This document shows, one piece after another, positions 38,101-49,649 of a stretch of 64,000 bases of DNA. The position numbers and the translations under genes were made by a program. Each line of letters begins with the position of its first letter. Within the stretch, counting starts at the first letter, position 1. The stretch is from Laetmonice hystrix (lineage: Eukaryota). The notes beneath the pieces were generated by a model. It did not search any database. It was not told the origin of the DNA and worked only from the letters and a program-made list of their open reading frames with translations. The DNA is taken from NCBI GenBank assembly GCA_965235115.1, contig OZ249441.1, positions 13,454,001 through 13,518,000 of the forward strand. Direction: 5' to 3'.

Positions 38101-41100
38101 CTGTGGAACGTTGCTGGGAGCGTGGGCGAGTTAGTGGCTGTGAAAGAGTCGAGCGACGCCAGGAAATCAGCCCGACGACGTCCTCTACCCACCACAGGAA
38201 ACAGTGCGTCGTCATGGCGACACCAACAAACGTCACGCGACAAACGGCATCCGGTACGTGTGTCCACTGACATGGACCGCGCCTGACAGGGATCACCATG
38301 GACGAGCAAAATCGGATATATCTCTTCGATTATCTCTGAGGATTGTACAGATTTCTCTTTTGTGTGTGTGTGTGGGGGGGGGGGGTTAAAAAAAATAACA
38401 ATTATGCAATTGAAGCTCTGCCTAAAAAAAGTATTTCATATTACCGTGTACAGGACTAAATACAGGGAACGAAATTCAAACAGAAAAACACACCCTTCAC
38501 GCCCACTGATCAATAGGGCAGGCCTCACCTACCGTTCTCACAAATCAAGATATTCTCGTCCAATTAAGGTTAATTTGTACAGACGGTGAGGGCCTTTCCG
38601 GGTCACTTTATGCCCTGAACCACCTCCCAAGGTCTGTGTCAGGCCTTCAGAATGTTTCTGAAAACTGGGTCAGATTCTGACTCAGTCCTGGTGTACAATT
38701 CGGTCCCAATATGTCTCCAGATCGAGGTCCCAGCCACACTTTTTCACAACATGTACATTACCATTTTTTAAACTGTAATGAAATTGGCCATCACGTATGT
38801 CAGGATCTGTCATGTCGTCGGTTGGGAATGCCCACAGATGACAATACCCCTTGTCCACCTACACTAACTTTTGTCCCGACCTAGATCTTTCACCTCTCTA
38901 CAACGATAAATATTCACTTCCAATAAGATCTGTTTCATTTCACTGGTTTAAGCTAAGTTCTCCTCCCTCCCAGACAGTCACATTTAGCTGCATTCTTTGA
39001 ATGACATTTAGGAGAGTCTAATATTACCGGTGAGTAGTTCTCTTGTTCTTCCTCTAGATTGCTTCAGCGAAAGGTTCGGCTGTATCTAGGGCAATGAATT
39101 AAAAATCTATCCTAACCGTACTAAACAGGAAGAATGGCACTTCTTTTTGCTGTTGTTTTTATCAGGCGCTACTGATAATAGACCAAATAGGGAGCGTATC
39201 TTGTCGTTAGTATCATTGTATACGTGTATAACATTGGACGTTGTCCTAGGTTGCTACATGTAGATTCTGTTCTCTCTCTCCACAACCCGACTCCACCCCA
39301 CAGCGACCAGAGAATCCCCATAGTCTAAACACACTCGGCGTGATGTTGACAGTTAAAAGGTTTCAGATGAAAGATTTGTCCATCTTCCACCTCAACCAAA
39401 ACGTGGCTGTCTTCAATCTGACATCACTGTCTCTGTCCTCTTGTCGTCTCCAACAACTCTCGAAAACAAGTCCCACTGGTTCCTTGACCACAAAGGTTGG
39501 GACCGCCTCGCTGGAGCAGATCCTGGACCTCGAAGGCGGCATGGAGTCTGGGACCTGGCCGACTCCTGAGGGTGGAGTCTGGGACCTGGCCGACTCCTGA
39601 GGGTGGAGTCTGGGACCTGGCCGACTCCTGAAAGTGGCTTCCAAAGTTATAGGTTTCTGCACCACAAGGCTCCGCCTAACGAGTCCTGGGTGGAGGTCCT
39701 CCGAGTGTCTGGACCAAAAACGTTACCGCTGACCTCTGGGGGAGCGGTGTATAAAAACACACATCATCCTCTAACTACTCCCACTCAATGTGTCACAAGA
39801 CCATACACAAAATCCTCTATACCATGCTTTGTGTGTGTTTATCTAGTCTGCGTGAAGCCGCACTTTAAATCTATAAAAAGATGTTTTTACTTTCATTGCT
39901 GACATGGGACATGGCGGTGAGGTTTACACTTAATGGCCTGAACCAATTCTCCTAGAGTGACTCACAACAAAGCAACTTGATACATGACTGGAGAATGCTC
40001 TTGACACAAATATGGTTTACACCACGTAAGGCGACACACTGCCTTTGGAAGAGATTAAAATCAGCTAAATCCTGGCAACCCCTAAATATCAAATCTCTTT
40101 GGGAGCCTCCTGTTACCAAGCGGACTTATTTCAGTAAATGACTCTGGAGAAATGTAATCAACACACTAATGGCATTTAGATCAATACATTACCTTTCACA
40201 CAGGCTGCCAGTATTAAAAGAATGTCTGTGGGATAAACTACTTTATTTCATGATCCACCCAATAACCACAAAAATATCCCCACCAAAATCAGAAGTGATA
40301 AATTTGGCGAACTCTGACATCTCTGATGTTACAGAGCTCGGCCGTACTTGATCGTTGTCGGCTCGGTAACAAATCGGTCTTGGGTCAGGCCTCCCATTAA
40401 GTCGGGACCAGTCTAGTCTGTCCCGGACAAACCTAAAGAGTTTCCGGCTCCGTAATCCCCACCGGATCTTCTTGCCGCCACCCTGGCCTCCCTCCAAACC
40501 CCACAACCCCAGCGCGCCACTCCTAACTGGAGCTCGCCATCCTAGATTGGATCCCTATCATCCATCAACAGCTGCTGTATCTTCATCAGGCCACCTCGTG
40601 GCAGGCGTCGCCATGGTTTCCCGGAATCATAGCACTCTCTTCCTCATCTCCTTTACTTGGCCTCATTCTCTATATCACTCCAAAAATAGTTTCATTAACA
40701 GGGAGCCTTGGTAAACCCTCGTCGAAATGAAACTCAAGTATTAACGTTTTAATGTTGATTGCCGTTATGCTGAACATTAATCAAACACCGTGCTCAACCA
40801 GAACATTAATTAAACACTGTGTTGAATCAGGCATTAAGTAAATACCATGTTAAAGCAGCAGCAATGGGGCCTTAAAACGGTTGCTATTGGTGATCAACAT
40901 CACCTCCATTGGCGTTACATGTACTTACTCTAACCCTCAGACTGAAATACAACATATTTTGATATATCGAAATATGGTCAAAATATCCCCAGTCTCTTTC
41001 AGGGGGTTTCTTTGCTGTATCCCTGAGGATCCGCCTGGAGTTCTTTACGTGAATATGTCATCTATCTGACCAGAAGTTAGGAAACCATTGTAAACAACGC

Positions 41101-44100
41101 GCCAGGTCCCGCCTTGGGTCGTGAATTTAGAACCCCCCCCCCTCTCTACACTCACACACACACACTCAGACCCAATCCTGATGTCCGACTAGATTAGATA
41201 TCAAAATGTAGTTTGCCCATCTACAGCAAGCCTGCCAGACAGAGGGAAATCGAAATGTCCTCTACCAAATCTACATCTGACATTCAGGGTCCCAAAATGT
41301 CTGAAATACCCATTCATGTCATTAGACGTCAACGCAAGCGGTTCTTGGACACGTTGAAAATTCCATTCGCCAGATGACAGCAGAAAGTTTTGCAGATATC
41401 GACCAGGGGCTATCGGAGGATCTATGACATTGCAGACACGCTGACATGAAGCGTGCCGTATCAGTGGCCCAGTAGGTTCTGCTCAGATGAAGAGAGTACC
41501 TAGGGACATCGCCTTTACCAACCATATCGGGCATTGAAATCTGCCTGTCCCTGATAGTAACTATTGCTGTGTCTGTATCCTTGATTACATGCCATATAGA
41601 ACGTTAGCGCCGGTAGGCTGGTTAATCAGGGTGAATCTCCTGGCGGCTGGCGTGGGCAGGGACGGTGCCTTCCTCCACATTCACAACCCCTCCATGTCTA
41701 CAGCTATACCCAACCAATCAGCATTGGTAGAACTGATGGTACCCACTGCTGCGACCTCTGGTGTTAATATGTACCTCTGGTATCACTGTGGTTCTCTCAG
41801 CCTTGTCCTCCCGACTTTCGCTGCTTCAGTCGCCGCCAGCCCTGTCGGACTTAAGTAACATTAATATCATTGCAATCGCTGATGTCACCTCCCGTGTTAT
41901 TACAATTCTTCAGTCGTTGTGTAAGTCACTTGTCTAACTTGGTCCATGAAAGGTCTGTCCAACTGCCCGCAGAAAAACTGCCTGCAGAACGGTTATGCAT
42001 GGACGGCGACTATTTGGGAGTCTCAAATGTGAAACCAGCCCCTGGTGTTAATGCCGAGGCACGCAGGCCTTGTGAGTCCTAAGTAAGCTGAACAATAGAT
42101 GCCGACAACAAATCGACTTGTTTGGGGTGTGTTATAATGTGTACGGGACGCAAGGACCGGTCAGATGGGCTCCAGCCCTCAGTCCTGGCCGCCGATCCAC
42201 CGCCCACCATAGCCCAGATAATATCAGTCGGTCATCCTGATGGCCAGATTACCTGCCCAGGTCTGGTCTACATTCTCATATATCCCTGCCTCGCCTGGGT
42301 CGAGCCTGACCACCTGCTCCCACAGAGTGGCTCCCTCAGAAAACGTGGCTAACAAATTACTTCCATTGAACAATTCCCTCCCTCAGACACGGGCTCATTA
42401 TTACCTTGCTCTTTCAATCGCCCAATATTTGTCGTTCTAATATCCTTCGATTTCGATTTTAATAAAGTCATTAATATCTTACCAGAAAACCCACTCTTAC
42501 TACGAATTCTCCAGGATGGATGATTACGAATAGGACACCATGACTTTGTCCCACTCCATTATAGGACATTGCACAGCAGCAAACACTACTTAGACCGCTC
42601 TATTCCATTTGGTTTTACCATCAAACAGTCAGAGTTCGATCAATAAATAGATAGAGCTAGGATAGAGCAACCAACTGTGTCAGAAGGCCAACGATCGTTA
42701 GATTGTACTCTAAACTACATTCCTTATTTCTCTTCAGGCATTCATTTATTAGTTCTTTTGTCTGCTCCTGCTGAGCTTCCCCCGGTGTTCTTTGAGTTTG
42801 GCACCTTTCACTTCCTGGCCATTTGCGGGCGCCCCCTGCAGTGACTCACCGGAACTATAGTCCTTTGATCTTAAAAGCTCTCGTGGCACCATTAATTGTT
42901 TTCCTTGCCTATTTTCTTTCAAAGTTAAAACTTTCAGTTGGCCGTTAGTACATTTTGATAGCTGCAACTCCCTCTTGCCACCAGGGTAATACAGAGACAT
43001 GGATAATAAATTCTCATATATGAGTTGCGGAGAACTCCTCCTGCCTCGCTTACCATTTCTCATTTACATTCCCTGTTTAATGGCCGATAGCTTGGGATAA
43101 CTAGATCACGCAGACGGACGCTGCATTTCGTGTAAGAAAATACAACAAATTCAGCATTCTCCCTACATATAAATCGATATCAACAAGACGGTCTGAGTAC
43201 CGTAGTAAATGGCGCCTGTGTTTGTACTCGAGCTGCCCCCTGTGAGTGGAGATTGCCAAGTGCCGGTTCCCCCCGTCCATCCCCACCTGCAGGCGGACGG
43301 TTTGACGGCACGTCATGTAATAACAGACGTACACGTCCTTCGACTGCCGACATCTTTACACAATGTTCAAAGGTCGACATACGAGCAGCGTTGGTAGGCG
43401 AGTCGTTTGCCGGCAGGCTTTGTTGTGTGTATGTAATACAGGTGCTAGGTGGGCTAGTGTTCGTACAGACAGGTGTAAGCCCTGTCAACATCACTACACA
43501 GGTGTGGCGGAGTACGGATCTCAAACCCCAGTGTCGAGTCCTGACGGACGTACGAACGTACGGACGGTCTGCCGGTGTGACTGACGGCAGTACCGTCAAA
43601 CTGAACCTACGGACGTAACCTTTAACTCGTCAGTCCTCCAGTTTACGGTCCAGTTTACGGTCCTACAACCAACTATTCATATCAACATGACGATGATATT
43701 CCTTGACAATAGTCTGCCTATATTAAGTGGACCTCACAATGTGAATACGGAGGGGTCTAACATTGATCGTTTCCCATCTACCAAAAGGCCAACACACCTC
43801 TACATTTGGGAAGGCTCTACTAATTCCTCTTCGTTGTGAATGCCTTGTTTGGCCTCCCGTTCCCGATGGGAAGGAGTTTCTTGTTCAATTAAACATTAGT
43901 TATTCCCATTTAGATCTTGTAGTAAGGTAATATTTTAGGACTTAGTAAAGAACGAGAGAACCCGCCGCAGAAACTTCTGCAATCATTAATTCCTCCCGGC
44001 GGCATGGACTTTGATTACTTTCATTACGACCTCACTGACACGCATCGCCCAGGAACGATATCATATTACACTGCAGAACTCTTCAGGTATCACAGCAAAG

Positions 44101-47100
44101 GATTACGTACAGTCATGACTGAAATATCTTCATCTACCACAGCTCGACACCAATTTCTTCTCTACATGAACAGTTTTTTATTGTCGCTTTCCTTTGAAAC
44201 GGAATTCACTGAATCCTGGCTGCCAAAAGTGGCGCTTTTCTTAACAAGCTGGGCTTCTCTGGATCCTTGACCAAAAATATTACCTATTCCTTCACTAAAA
44301 CAAATCTCACTCCTTTCAAACCACTTCTTAAACAATAGTGCTTTATTATTAACCGAATGCGCCCACCCGTAACGTGTCGGTACCCCTGGGTTTCTGACCG
44401 TTCAGAGTAGCCGTATTGTGAACACATCGACAACCAGTTTTCAGTTTGCCACCAACACCATTGTGATGATATCAAGCTAGTTCGACCCGACATACGGTAA
44501 ATATTTCAACACCTAGCAGCAAACACTGTGACAAAGTGGTTCTGGTGAGTTCATTGTGTGATGAGATCTCTGGGGGCCGTGGCTGGTGTTCTATTGCTCT
44601 GTTAGTGATGCTCTCTCTAAGTGTTGTCTTTCACCCATGGTCCCAGGGTATAGGTTCATGGTGATGCCACCAAGTATCACCCTGCATCCTGCTCCGGCCG
44701 TGTTCCAGTTGTGGGTATCCAGCTCATACCCACTCAACCCCAGAGCCTCCAGCGGCCTTTGTCGAGAAGCTCCTTCAAACGTAAGCGTCTTGATTCACCA
44801 TAGCGCCCTTTGTCCTGTCACAGGCGGGCGCGATCCTCTCAACTTGGCCGGGTGTTTCTTTATATGCAGGTTTCTTACAAAAGAGTTTGGACATACCAGC
44901 CTGACGCCGCCAGAGTCTACAATATCACATCAGGTCCACAATTGTACACTGTCATATAGGTTGGAATGCACCCAACCCGCGTCCTTTCCTATCCGTAGGT
45001 TTGCCAAGCGCCCTCAAGTTAGCCAGAGTCCCTGATACCAACTGACCCTAAAAGTTAAGTCTGTGTCCGTGGTACCAGGTCACAATGGTCAATGTGGTCC
45101 CTAGGCCTACACTCACTCTGACCTGACTGATGCCACAGTCCCTGATACCAGCTGACCCTAAGTTAAGTCTGTGTCCGTGGTACCAGGTCACAATAGTCAC
45201 TGTGGTCCCTAGGCCTACACTCACTCTGACCTGACTGATGCCACAGTCCCTGATACCAACTGACCCTAAGTTAAGTCTGTGTCCGTGGTAGTAGGTATAA
45301 TGCTCACAATGGTCACTGTGGTCCCTAGGCCTACACTCACTCTGACCTGACTGATGCCACAGTCCCTGATACCAACTGACCCTATAAGTTAAGTCTGTGT
45401 CCGTGGTACCAGGTCACAATGGTCACTGTGGTCCCTGGGCCTACACTCACTCTGACCTGACTGATGCCACAGTCCCTGATACCAACTGACCCTAAGTTAA
45501 GTCTGTGTCCGTGGTACCAGGTCACAATGGTCACTGTGGTCCCTAGGCCTACACTCACTCTGACCTGACTGATGCCACAGTCCCTGATACCAACTGACCC
45601 TAAAAGTTAAGTCTGTGTCCGTGGTACCAGGTCACAATGGTCACTGTGGTCCCTAGGCCTACACTCACTCTGACCTGACTGATGCCACAGTCCCTGATAC
45701 CAACTGACCCTAAAAGTTAAGTCTGTGTCCGTAGTACCAGGTCACAATGATCACTGTGGTCCCTAGGCCTACACTCACTCTGACCTGACTGATGCCACAG
45801 TCCCTGATACCAACTGACCCTAAGTTAAGTCTGTGTCCGTAGTACCAGGTCACAATGATCACTGTGGTCCCTAGGCCTACACTCACTCTGACCTGACTGA
45901 TGCCACAGTCCCTGATACCAACTGACCCTAAGTTAAGTCTGTGTCCGTGGTACCAGGTCACAATGGTCACTGTGGTCCCTAGGCCTACACTCACTCTGAC
46001 CTGACTGATGCCACAGTCCCTGATACCAACTGACCCTAAGTTAAGTCTGTGTCCGTAGTACCAGGTCACAATGATCACTGTGGTCCCTAGGCCTACACTC
46101 ACTCTGACCTGACTGATGCCACAGTCCCTGATACCAACTGACCCTAAGTTAAGTCTGTGTCCGTGGTACCAGGTCACAATGGTCACTGTGGTCCCTGGGC
46201 CTACACTCACTCTGACCTGACTGATGCCACAGTCCCTGATACCAGCTGACCCTAAGTTAAGTCTGTGTCCGTGGTACCAGGTCACAATGGTCACTGTGGT
46301 CCCTGGGCCTAGCCTTAAACCGCAAACCCTTTCTTTCTTTGCAAGTTTTGATCCTGAAACGCCTTGAATTCCGAGTCCCTTCTCTCTCCCCAACCCCACC
46401 TGCCCCGCCAACACCAGCTCTGTTTTTATTCTGTGTGTCAGTCAGTCAGGTTGAATACCATCCAGATCCCCCTTTCTCACCAATGTAATTTGAAATCCAG
46501 TTTGTCGGCTAACACAGCGCGTTCTTACCCACCACATATACTGTCCATAAAAAAACCACGGCTACCTTTGACGTAAGTATTAGGTCCCCAATACGTGTAT
46601 ATTTACCTTCATTCGGGGACAGTCACAGTATCCCGTGTACGACTATAGCATATGGAAGCAGAGATTATGTTCTGAAAGGGACAAATCCCGGCAGAATGGA
46701 TGGCAATAATGGTCAAACACAGTCCATGGCGCCATACACACATGGCGTGATTTCTGCGCAGGAACCAGGGCAGCGCTGAAAAGCTTATTTTTCTCACCGT
46801 TTCAGTGGAGACACAATGGTCCACAGAGGACTGTTTTCCCTTGGTAAATACAACACGACTGGTAAGAATAGAACATCCGTTCATTTTTTAAACTCCCTTT
46901 CCCGGATGTGCCTGATATTGTTGGTTATGAAAGCGATTTGTTGCGGTCCTTTAAGAGCCGAATGCCGTTTTTAATAATACCAACCTGACGATATACAATG
47001 TACCTGGTACCAGCAGTTTGATGTGACTACATACCACACCGATATTTGAGCCTTGGCGGGATACATTATACTGCGTCTCTGAATTTCCTCGTCCCAAACA

Positions 47101-49649
47101 AAAATTACCAATCCATTTAATAGCATACAGGATCACTGTAAATACATCCCCCCACCCCCACCCCCACCCCCACCCCCACCCAAAGAAAGAAGAAACCCTT
47201 GATATTAAATACCGCCAGTGCACAGTACGACAGCTACATCATTAGACCCCATCACTGTCCTCCGCAGGTATTCTCAAGCCAATTCGCTCACACCAAGTAC
47301 ATTCTGTACGTTGTACCCTAGTCCTCCATTAAATCTGTGACGCCACAATTATCTAACTCCCTGTACGTGAACCCATCAATTGCCCCAGTACACAAAGGCA
47401 ATATGGAGCATGCAGAGGCTTCATAAGGAGCGCGAACAAAGGCAGATCATCAATCTCCACTGGCCTAATTTATCATACGGTGGTTTTCTGTTTACAGGTT
47501 GGCAACACGTCCTGATGGAATTATTCCCCGGATTGCCGAGACGCCTGGCTGCTGCTCGATGCTCGCCTACCTTTGCCTTCAGAACCTTTGATGTAAGATC
47601 AAGAGACATTCCTCGAATGTGATGATTCGGTAATTATTGCTCTCCCATTCTCTTTGGTGGCCGTATCATCAGGTATCGGCCCGCAAGGTTAACCGGGTTT
47701 TCCGGATTCCGTGATGTAATGAACTCCTCTGTCCGGCCCCACCCCGCCCCGCCGACAGCGGCCATTGCCGACAGTATTTTCATCTGACTGTGTACATTTC
47801 ATCAGGACAAAGAACCTGGTGCATGCACCATTCTGTCTCTGTTCAATTCTTCCAGTCCTCCCTAGCCTCTGTAATTCTATTTCTGGGCCCATTCACCATG
47901 AGACAATTATTTCACAAATTGTTTTAGTTCAAAACAATTCACAGAAAGCCCTAAATGGAGCAGAAATGGAAGCGTTTGAAAGCATGGCAACAAAGTAGGT
48001 GGTGTAATTACTTTACTGTCTGACTTGATAACCCTGAGGGACGGAATACCCATACCATTCATCAACGTGTGCAGTCGTCCCTCTCCGTTGTCATTACTCA
48101 CTGAGGTCAGATTTCACTGCTGGGACGGCCTTACAGTTCTGTCCTGGGAACAGTGTGTCCGTCACTGCAAGCTTCAACACTCAGATATAATTGTACATGG
48201 AAGTACCTCTCCTCAAACGTTCAGTTCCCTTCTCTGTCATAAGCAGGCCACCGGACCCAGTATTTCTTTTTGCGGTAACTGCCTATATTTTGTCCAGCAC
48301 ACCCGTCACTCTGGTGGAGTAGACCGCCTAGGAAAGGAATAACGCATCCCTATCTTTAATTTGTCTATTATCACCCTTTTCCTCTCTCTCCCCCTAAGGT
48401 ACTGCAGACCTGTTTTACGGATACCCTTTTCCTCTCTCTCCCCCTAAGGTACTGCAGACCTGGTTTACGGATACCCTTTTCCTCTCTCTCCCCCTAAGGT
48501 ACTGCAGACCTGTTTTACGGATACCCTTTTCCTCTCTCTCCCCCTAAGGTACTGCAGACCTGTTTTACGGATACCCTTTTCCTCTCTCTCCCTAAGGTAC
48601 TGCAGACCTGTTTTACGGATACCCTTTTCCTCTCTCTCCCTAAGGTACTGCAGACCTGTTTTACGGACATCTATTTAACTAAGGACAACTATCTATCTAA
48701 GGACATCTCAAACTGGGATAAATATGTTCCTACCCACACGGCATCCATACCTGCCAAGGTCATCGAAAAACTTGTCCTTCCAACTTTACTGTTCCTGCCC
48801 TCCTTCCTTCCCCAACTCTCAGTACAACACAGAGGACATGGCAGACAATGTCACTCATTGCCACATCTATTCCTGTACCTGCGACATTTTCCCTGATGAA
48901 ACTAATTTAATCGAATTTCTATGAAGATTAATCGAAAGCAGTCTGTGGCATTTCTTCTCTCTCCCCGTGTTTTACAACTTATAACGACCAGCATTCATGA
49001 CCTTAAAGGATAAGGAATACTTTTTGAAAACTACAAAAAGAAAGACAACTATTTTTACAATGTACAATTATTTCTAGTCTCTCAAGGACGCCGGTGCAGC
49101 TAACACTCGAGCACTGAGAAAAATGTTAACCCGATTTATATCCGCCCCCCCCCCAATCTCGGTCTAACGATATTTTCCGATAGTCCCCCACATCTACACA
49201 AAAGACCAAGTATATAAGGTCATTTAAATATGATCTGGCCATAATTTCGATCCCATACATGTGTACCAAGGTGTAGCACGCCCTTTCCCATCTGTTTTGT
49301 CAAACGCTCGTGGTAAGTCAGTTATAATAATCTGTCACAGAATGAGATCCTTCCAGCTGTTGTACGGTAAATCGACGGTTTATTTCTGGTTCATCCTAAC
49401 GAACCAACCTGGCTGGCCTTCATACACCTGAGAAGGTGATAGATATGGAGACTGATGGCGGTCTGTACCCTGTCACTTACCTTTACTCTGTCCTGTCACC
49501 TTGTCTCGTAGGACGTTCAGTTGGTAGACGGGGCCGAACTCTTCAAACATCTTACGGAGATCATTTTCGTCCATGGAGCGGGGAATCTGCCCCACGAACA
49601 TCTTAATTGCGTCGGGGTCGGGCTCGGTCTTGGGTGTTTGTGAGTTCAT
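1997..49649 (-). CDS. CELF1/2: CUGBP Elav-like family RNA-binding protein (CELF1/2, Bruno/ETR-1 type); multi-exon, 3'-partial (11 coding exons in window, RRM3 outside)
   Basis: The spliced translation reads [151 protein letters not shown]...[18 protein letters not shown]...GPQYLA...[14 protein letters not shown]. These are hallmark CELF1/2 RRM1, RRM2 and linker motifs. All junctions are GT-AG with compatible phases. Confidence 0.96.
4410..4602. promoter_or_regulatory. Candidate bZIP (CRE/AP-1) enhancer cluster in a CELF intron
   Basis: TGACTCA at 4412; TGACGTCA at 4420 and 4562; seven TGACG/CGTCA half-sites within about 190 bp. Confidence 0.4.
5577..5657 (-). CDS. CELF1/2: CELF coding exon 10 (divergent domain)
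   Basis: Acceptor gtgtctag|GC CTG. Encodes [27 protein letters not shown]. Donor G|gtgaga; 81 nt, symmetric phase 1. Confidence 0.75.
6589..6632. repeat. (GGGTGT)n microsatellite
   Basis: Direct reading of the sequence. Confidence 0.85.
10333..10416 (-). CDS. CELF1/2: CELF coding exon 9 (divergent domain)
   Basis: Acceptor ccttgtgcgcag|GG TTA. Encodes [28 protein letters not shown]. Donor G|gtagat; 84 nt, symmetric phase 1. Confidence 0.72.
10931..11062 (-). CDS. CELF1/2: CELF coding exon 8 (divergent domain; acceptor position less certain)
   Basis: The branch-like gctaac followed by gttgtag|AT GAG gives the required phase 1. Encodes [44 protein letters not shown]. Donor G|gtgagt. Confidence 0.75.
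11270..11336 (-). CDS. CELF1/2: CELF coding exon 7 (divergent domain)
   Basis: Acceptor atgtttcag|TTA. Encodes [22 protein letters not shown]. Donor G|gtgagt; 67 nt. Confidence 0.88.
11470..11610 (-). CDS. CELF1/2: CELF coding exon 6 (RRM2 end, start of divergent domain)
   Basis: Acceptor tctttgcag|GGT. Encodes [24 protein letters not shown]...LGPQYLA. Donor GCG|gtaagt; 141 nt. Confidence 0.95.
12816..12895 (-). CDS. CELF1/2: CELF coding exon 5 (RRM2 RNP1)
   Basis: Acceptor tgtttcag|GT TGT. Encodes [27 protein letters not shown]. Donor GAG|gtaagt; 80 nt. Confidence 0.95.
14372..14503 (-). CDS. CELF1/2: CELF coding exon 4 (RRM2 N-terminal half)
   Basis: Acceptor tctttcag|TT GAA. Encodes [44 protein letters not shown]. 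Donor G|gtaagt; 132 nt. Confidence 0.95.
16081..16129 (-). CDS. CELF1/2: CELF coding exon 3 (RRM1 end / linker)
   Basis: Acceptor ccgcag|ATG. Encodes [16 protein letters not shown]. Donor G|gtgagt; 49 nt, phase 0 to 1. Confidence 0.95.
16455..17100. repeat. Degenerate C-rich minisatellite, about 22-23-bp core
   Basis: Repeated cctcgtcagacc(c/t)ttacctccc. Confidence 0.9.
17570..18552. repeat. G-rich minisatellite, about 38-40-bp unit
   Basis: Unit approximately ggtagggggcacagtaactg(a/g)aggcggggggactccct. Confidence 0.92.
19586..19738. mobile_element. Fold-back MITE, probably Harbinger/Tourist-like
   Basis: The 74-bp and 72-bp arms are identical except for two 1-nt indels, with a 7-nt loop. 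Ends are GGGCCGGTTTTACTAAAG, flanked by CAG...CAG (possible CWG TSD). Confidence 0.7.
20230..22250 (-). mobile_element. Decayed THAP + DDE (ISL2EU/Harbinger-like) DNA transposon remnant
   Basis: Manual minus-strand translation gives a THAP-like RFPP...AIRR...GW...SLHY at about 21.95-22.2 kb and a DDE_Tnp_4-like [23 protein letters not shown] at about 20.3-20.4 kb. Many stop codons; no search was run. Confidence 0.35.
21026..21445. repeat. Minisatellite, 35-bp unit, about 12 copies
   Basis: Unit ctgtcaaacacaactcggtgacactgcaggtctat. Confidence 0.95.
22869..23256. repeat. Minisatellite, about 64-bp unit, about 6 copies
   Basis: Unit taacacgggcaatctcactgcctgtacggacactaggacaacgctgccgtactcatcaccaatc. 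Confidence 0.9.
24531..24667. mobile_element. Imperfect fold-back element (MITE-like), arms about 58 bp
   Basis: accttttatcctcagcagcaacactatgttaaa... pairs with ...tttaacatggtgttgctgagggtaaaaggt. Confidence 0.55.
26253..26642. repeat. DIRS right ITR plus extension and internal complementary region (ICR)
   Basis: 26253-26344 is the exact reverse complement of 26509-26600 (92 bp). 26599-26642 is the reverse complement of 31349-31392 (44 bp). Confidence 0.93.
26727..27840 (-). CDS. DIRS tyrosine recombinase, interrupted by one frameshift near 27030
   Basis: The N-terminal part ([26 protein letters not shown]) is in ORF 26917-27840. The C-terminal part ([22 protein letters not shown]) is in ORF 26727-27050. 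Confidence 0.9.
27675..29636 (-). CDS. DIRS reverse transcriptase / RNase H / Dam-like methyltransferase polyprotein
   Basis: Motifs present: [34 protein letters not shown]; RNase [25 protein letters not shown]; methyltransferase-like DLFAS and VFPPF. The true start is uncertain. Confidence 0.93.
   Translation of the reverse strand: MDMEVIVPSWVTLHMTIIGTDVEGYHSRGTGIVMELGQDHRLQQLRGRLTSDPWIIDVVQGLTIPFKDGEPLQVKVPPPYRLRAEEMVFMREELKTLLDLGVRQSAVPEPGQFISNVFLRPKPVGHRVILDLTLLNTFVQYEHFKMTSLQTALDLMRPGVWMGSVDLTHAYSVLVKEKHRKFLRFCFEGDLYEYVGMPNGLSCAPRLFTKLLVPPFSVLRENGHECFPYIDDSFVVADSFDECSGSIKELCEMLQDLGFHIHPRKSVFEPRQDIVFLGFQLNSVDMTVSLTSEKREKFARAATEVLDKDKLSIREVSGLIGLMVAYAPAVQYGGAHIKWLEIDKNKALAENRGDFDGLMVVSEMAKQDITWWLRHLSTVRKIRFPAPHVEIETDASELGWGALRGPLETGGRWFPFEQTKHINVLELTGIFFGLQSLCREPGIHIKVMTDSTTALAYVKNMGGVKSEQCNQVAQNIWDWAEAQENWITITHIPGVSNVRADLNSRKFNDESEWELNDAIFKKICRIFGMPDVDLFASRLNKKIPKYVSLRPDPGAWKFDAFSLDWSHNFLYVFPPFSLMGRVVSKLRMENSRAILVAPLWPSQAWYATVSKVAKRRLLFRTRKGNLIPRGNPNKVDFMSKCPLVAFLFWPNNL
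29482..30892 (-). CDS. DIRS ORF1 gag-like protein, split into two frames (30662-30892 and 29482-30675)
   Basis: First ORF of the element. [20 protein letters not shown]...DAGLKQLQ resembles DIRS gag cores. The ATG at 30892 follows a splice acceptor. Confidence 0.75.
31992..32074 (-). CDS. CELF1/2: CELF coding exon 2 (RRM1 RNP1)
   Basis: Acceptor tttgtttgcag|GG TGC. Encodes [28 protein letters not shown]. Donor GGG|gtgagt; 83 nt, phase 1 to 0. Confidence 0.95.
33490..33680. repeat. Minisatellite, about 39-bp unit, about 5 copies
   Basis: Unit ccctccccatgaactcagtcagtccctgcctcaccctca. Confidence 0.85.
33850..34700 (-). mobile_element. Decayed CR1/L2-like LINE ORF2 (endonuclease-linker) fragment
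   Basis: LQHVEPG...RNTILM resembles the QHV..PTR...ILDL segment of APE endonucleases. Highly degenerate. Confidence 0.25.
35724..36326. repeat. Minisatellite, 55-bp unit, about 11 copies
   Basis: Unit cagctaacatttacttatttcaatatacgactctctgagttcaacggtaacgttt. Confidence 0.95.
36790..37703. repeat. Minisatellite with 83/88-bp variant units, about 11 copies
   Basis: Unit gctgaagcttactatcgc(a/g)ggacgaatca(ctcca)accaatgtgaccgcgatataccacaatgttgaccatcagccataggccctggca. Confidence 0.95.
39541..39632. repeat. 31-bp unit, 3 copies
   Basis: Unit ggagtctgggacctggccgactcctgagggt. Confidence 0.85.
40300..47200 (-). mobile_element. Nested, heavily decayed Gypsy-like LTR retrotransposon fragments (integrase, RNase H)
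   Basis: Manual translation: [21 protein letters not shown] (about 41.45 kb, integrase zinc-finger-like); KQLMVPREL (about 42.9 kb); an integrase core-like PEISSHN...CLLLGVE...YHHNG (44.45-44.6 kb); an RNase H-like [10 protein letters not shown] (about 47.0 kb). Many stops; boundaries are approximate. Confidence 0.4.
45024..46310. repeat. Minisatellite, 108-bp unit, about 12 copies
   Basis: Unit ccctaagttaagtctgtgtccgtggtaccaggtcacaatggtcactgtggtccctaggcctacactcactctgacctgactgatgccacagtccctgataccaactga; matches the 36-aa periodicity of ORF 45710-46414. Confidence 0.95.
48372..48667. repeat. Minisatellite, about 50-bp unit, about 6 copies
   Basis: Unit atacccttttcctctctctcccccta aggtactgcagacctgttttacgg (read without the space). 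Confidence 0.92.
49481..49649 (-). CDS. CELF1/2: CELF coding exon 1 (RRM1 N-terminal half; exon starts at 49653)
   Basis: Acceptor ttttttgcag|caacATG. Encodes MNSQ...[14 protein letters not shown]...VTGQSK(G). Donor G|gtaagt, phase 1. Confidence 0.95.
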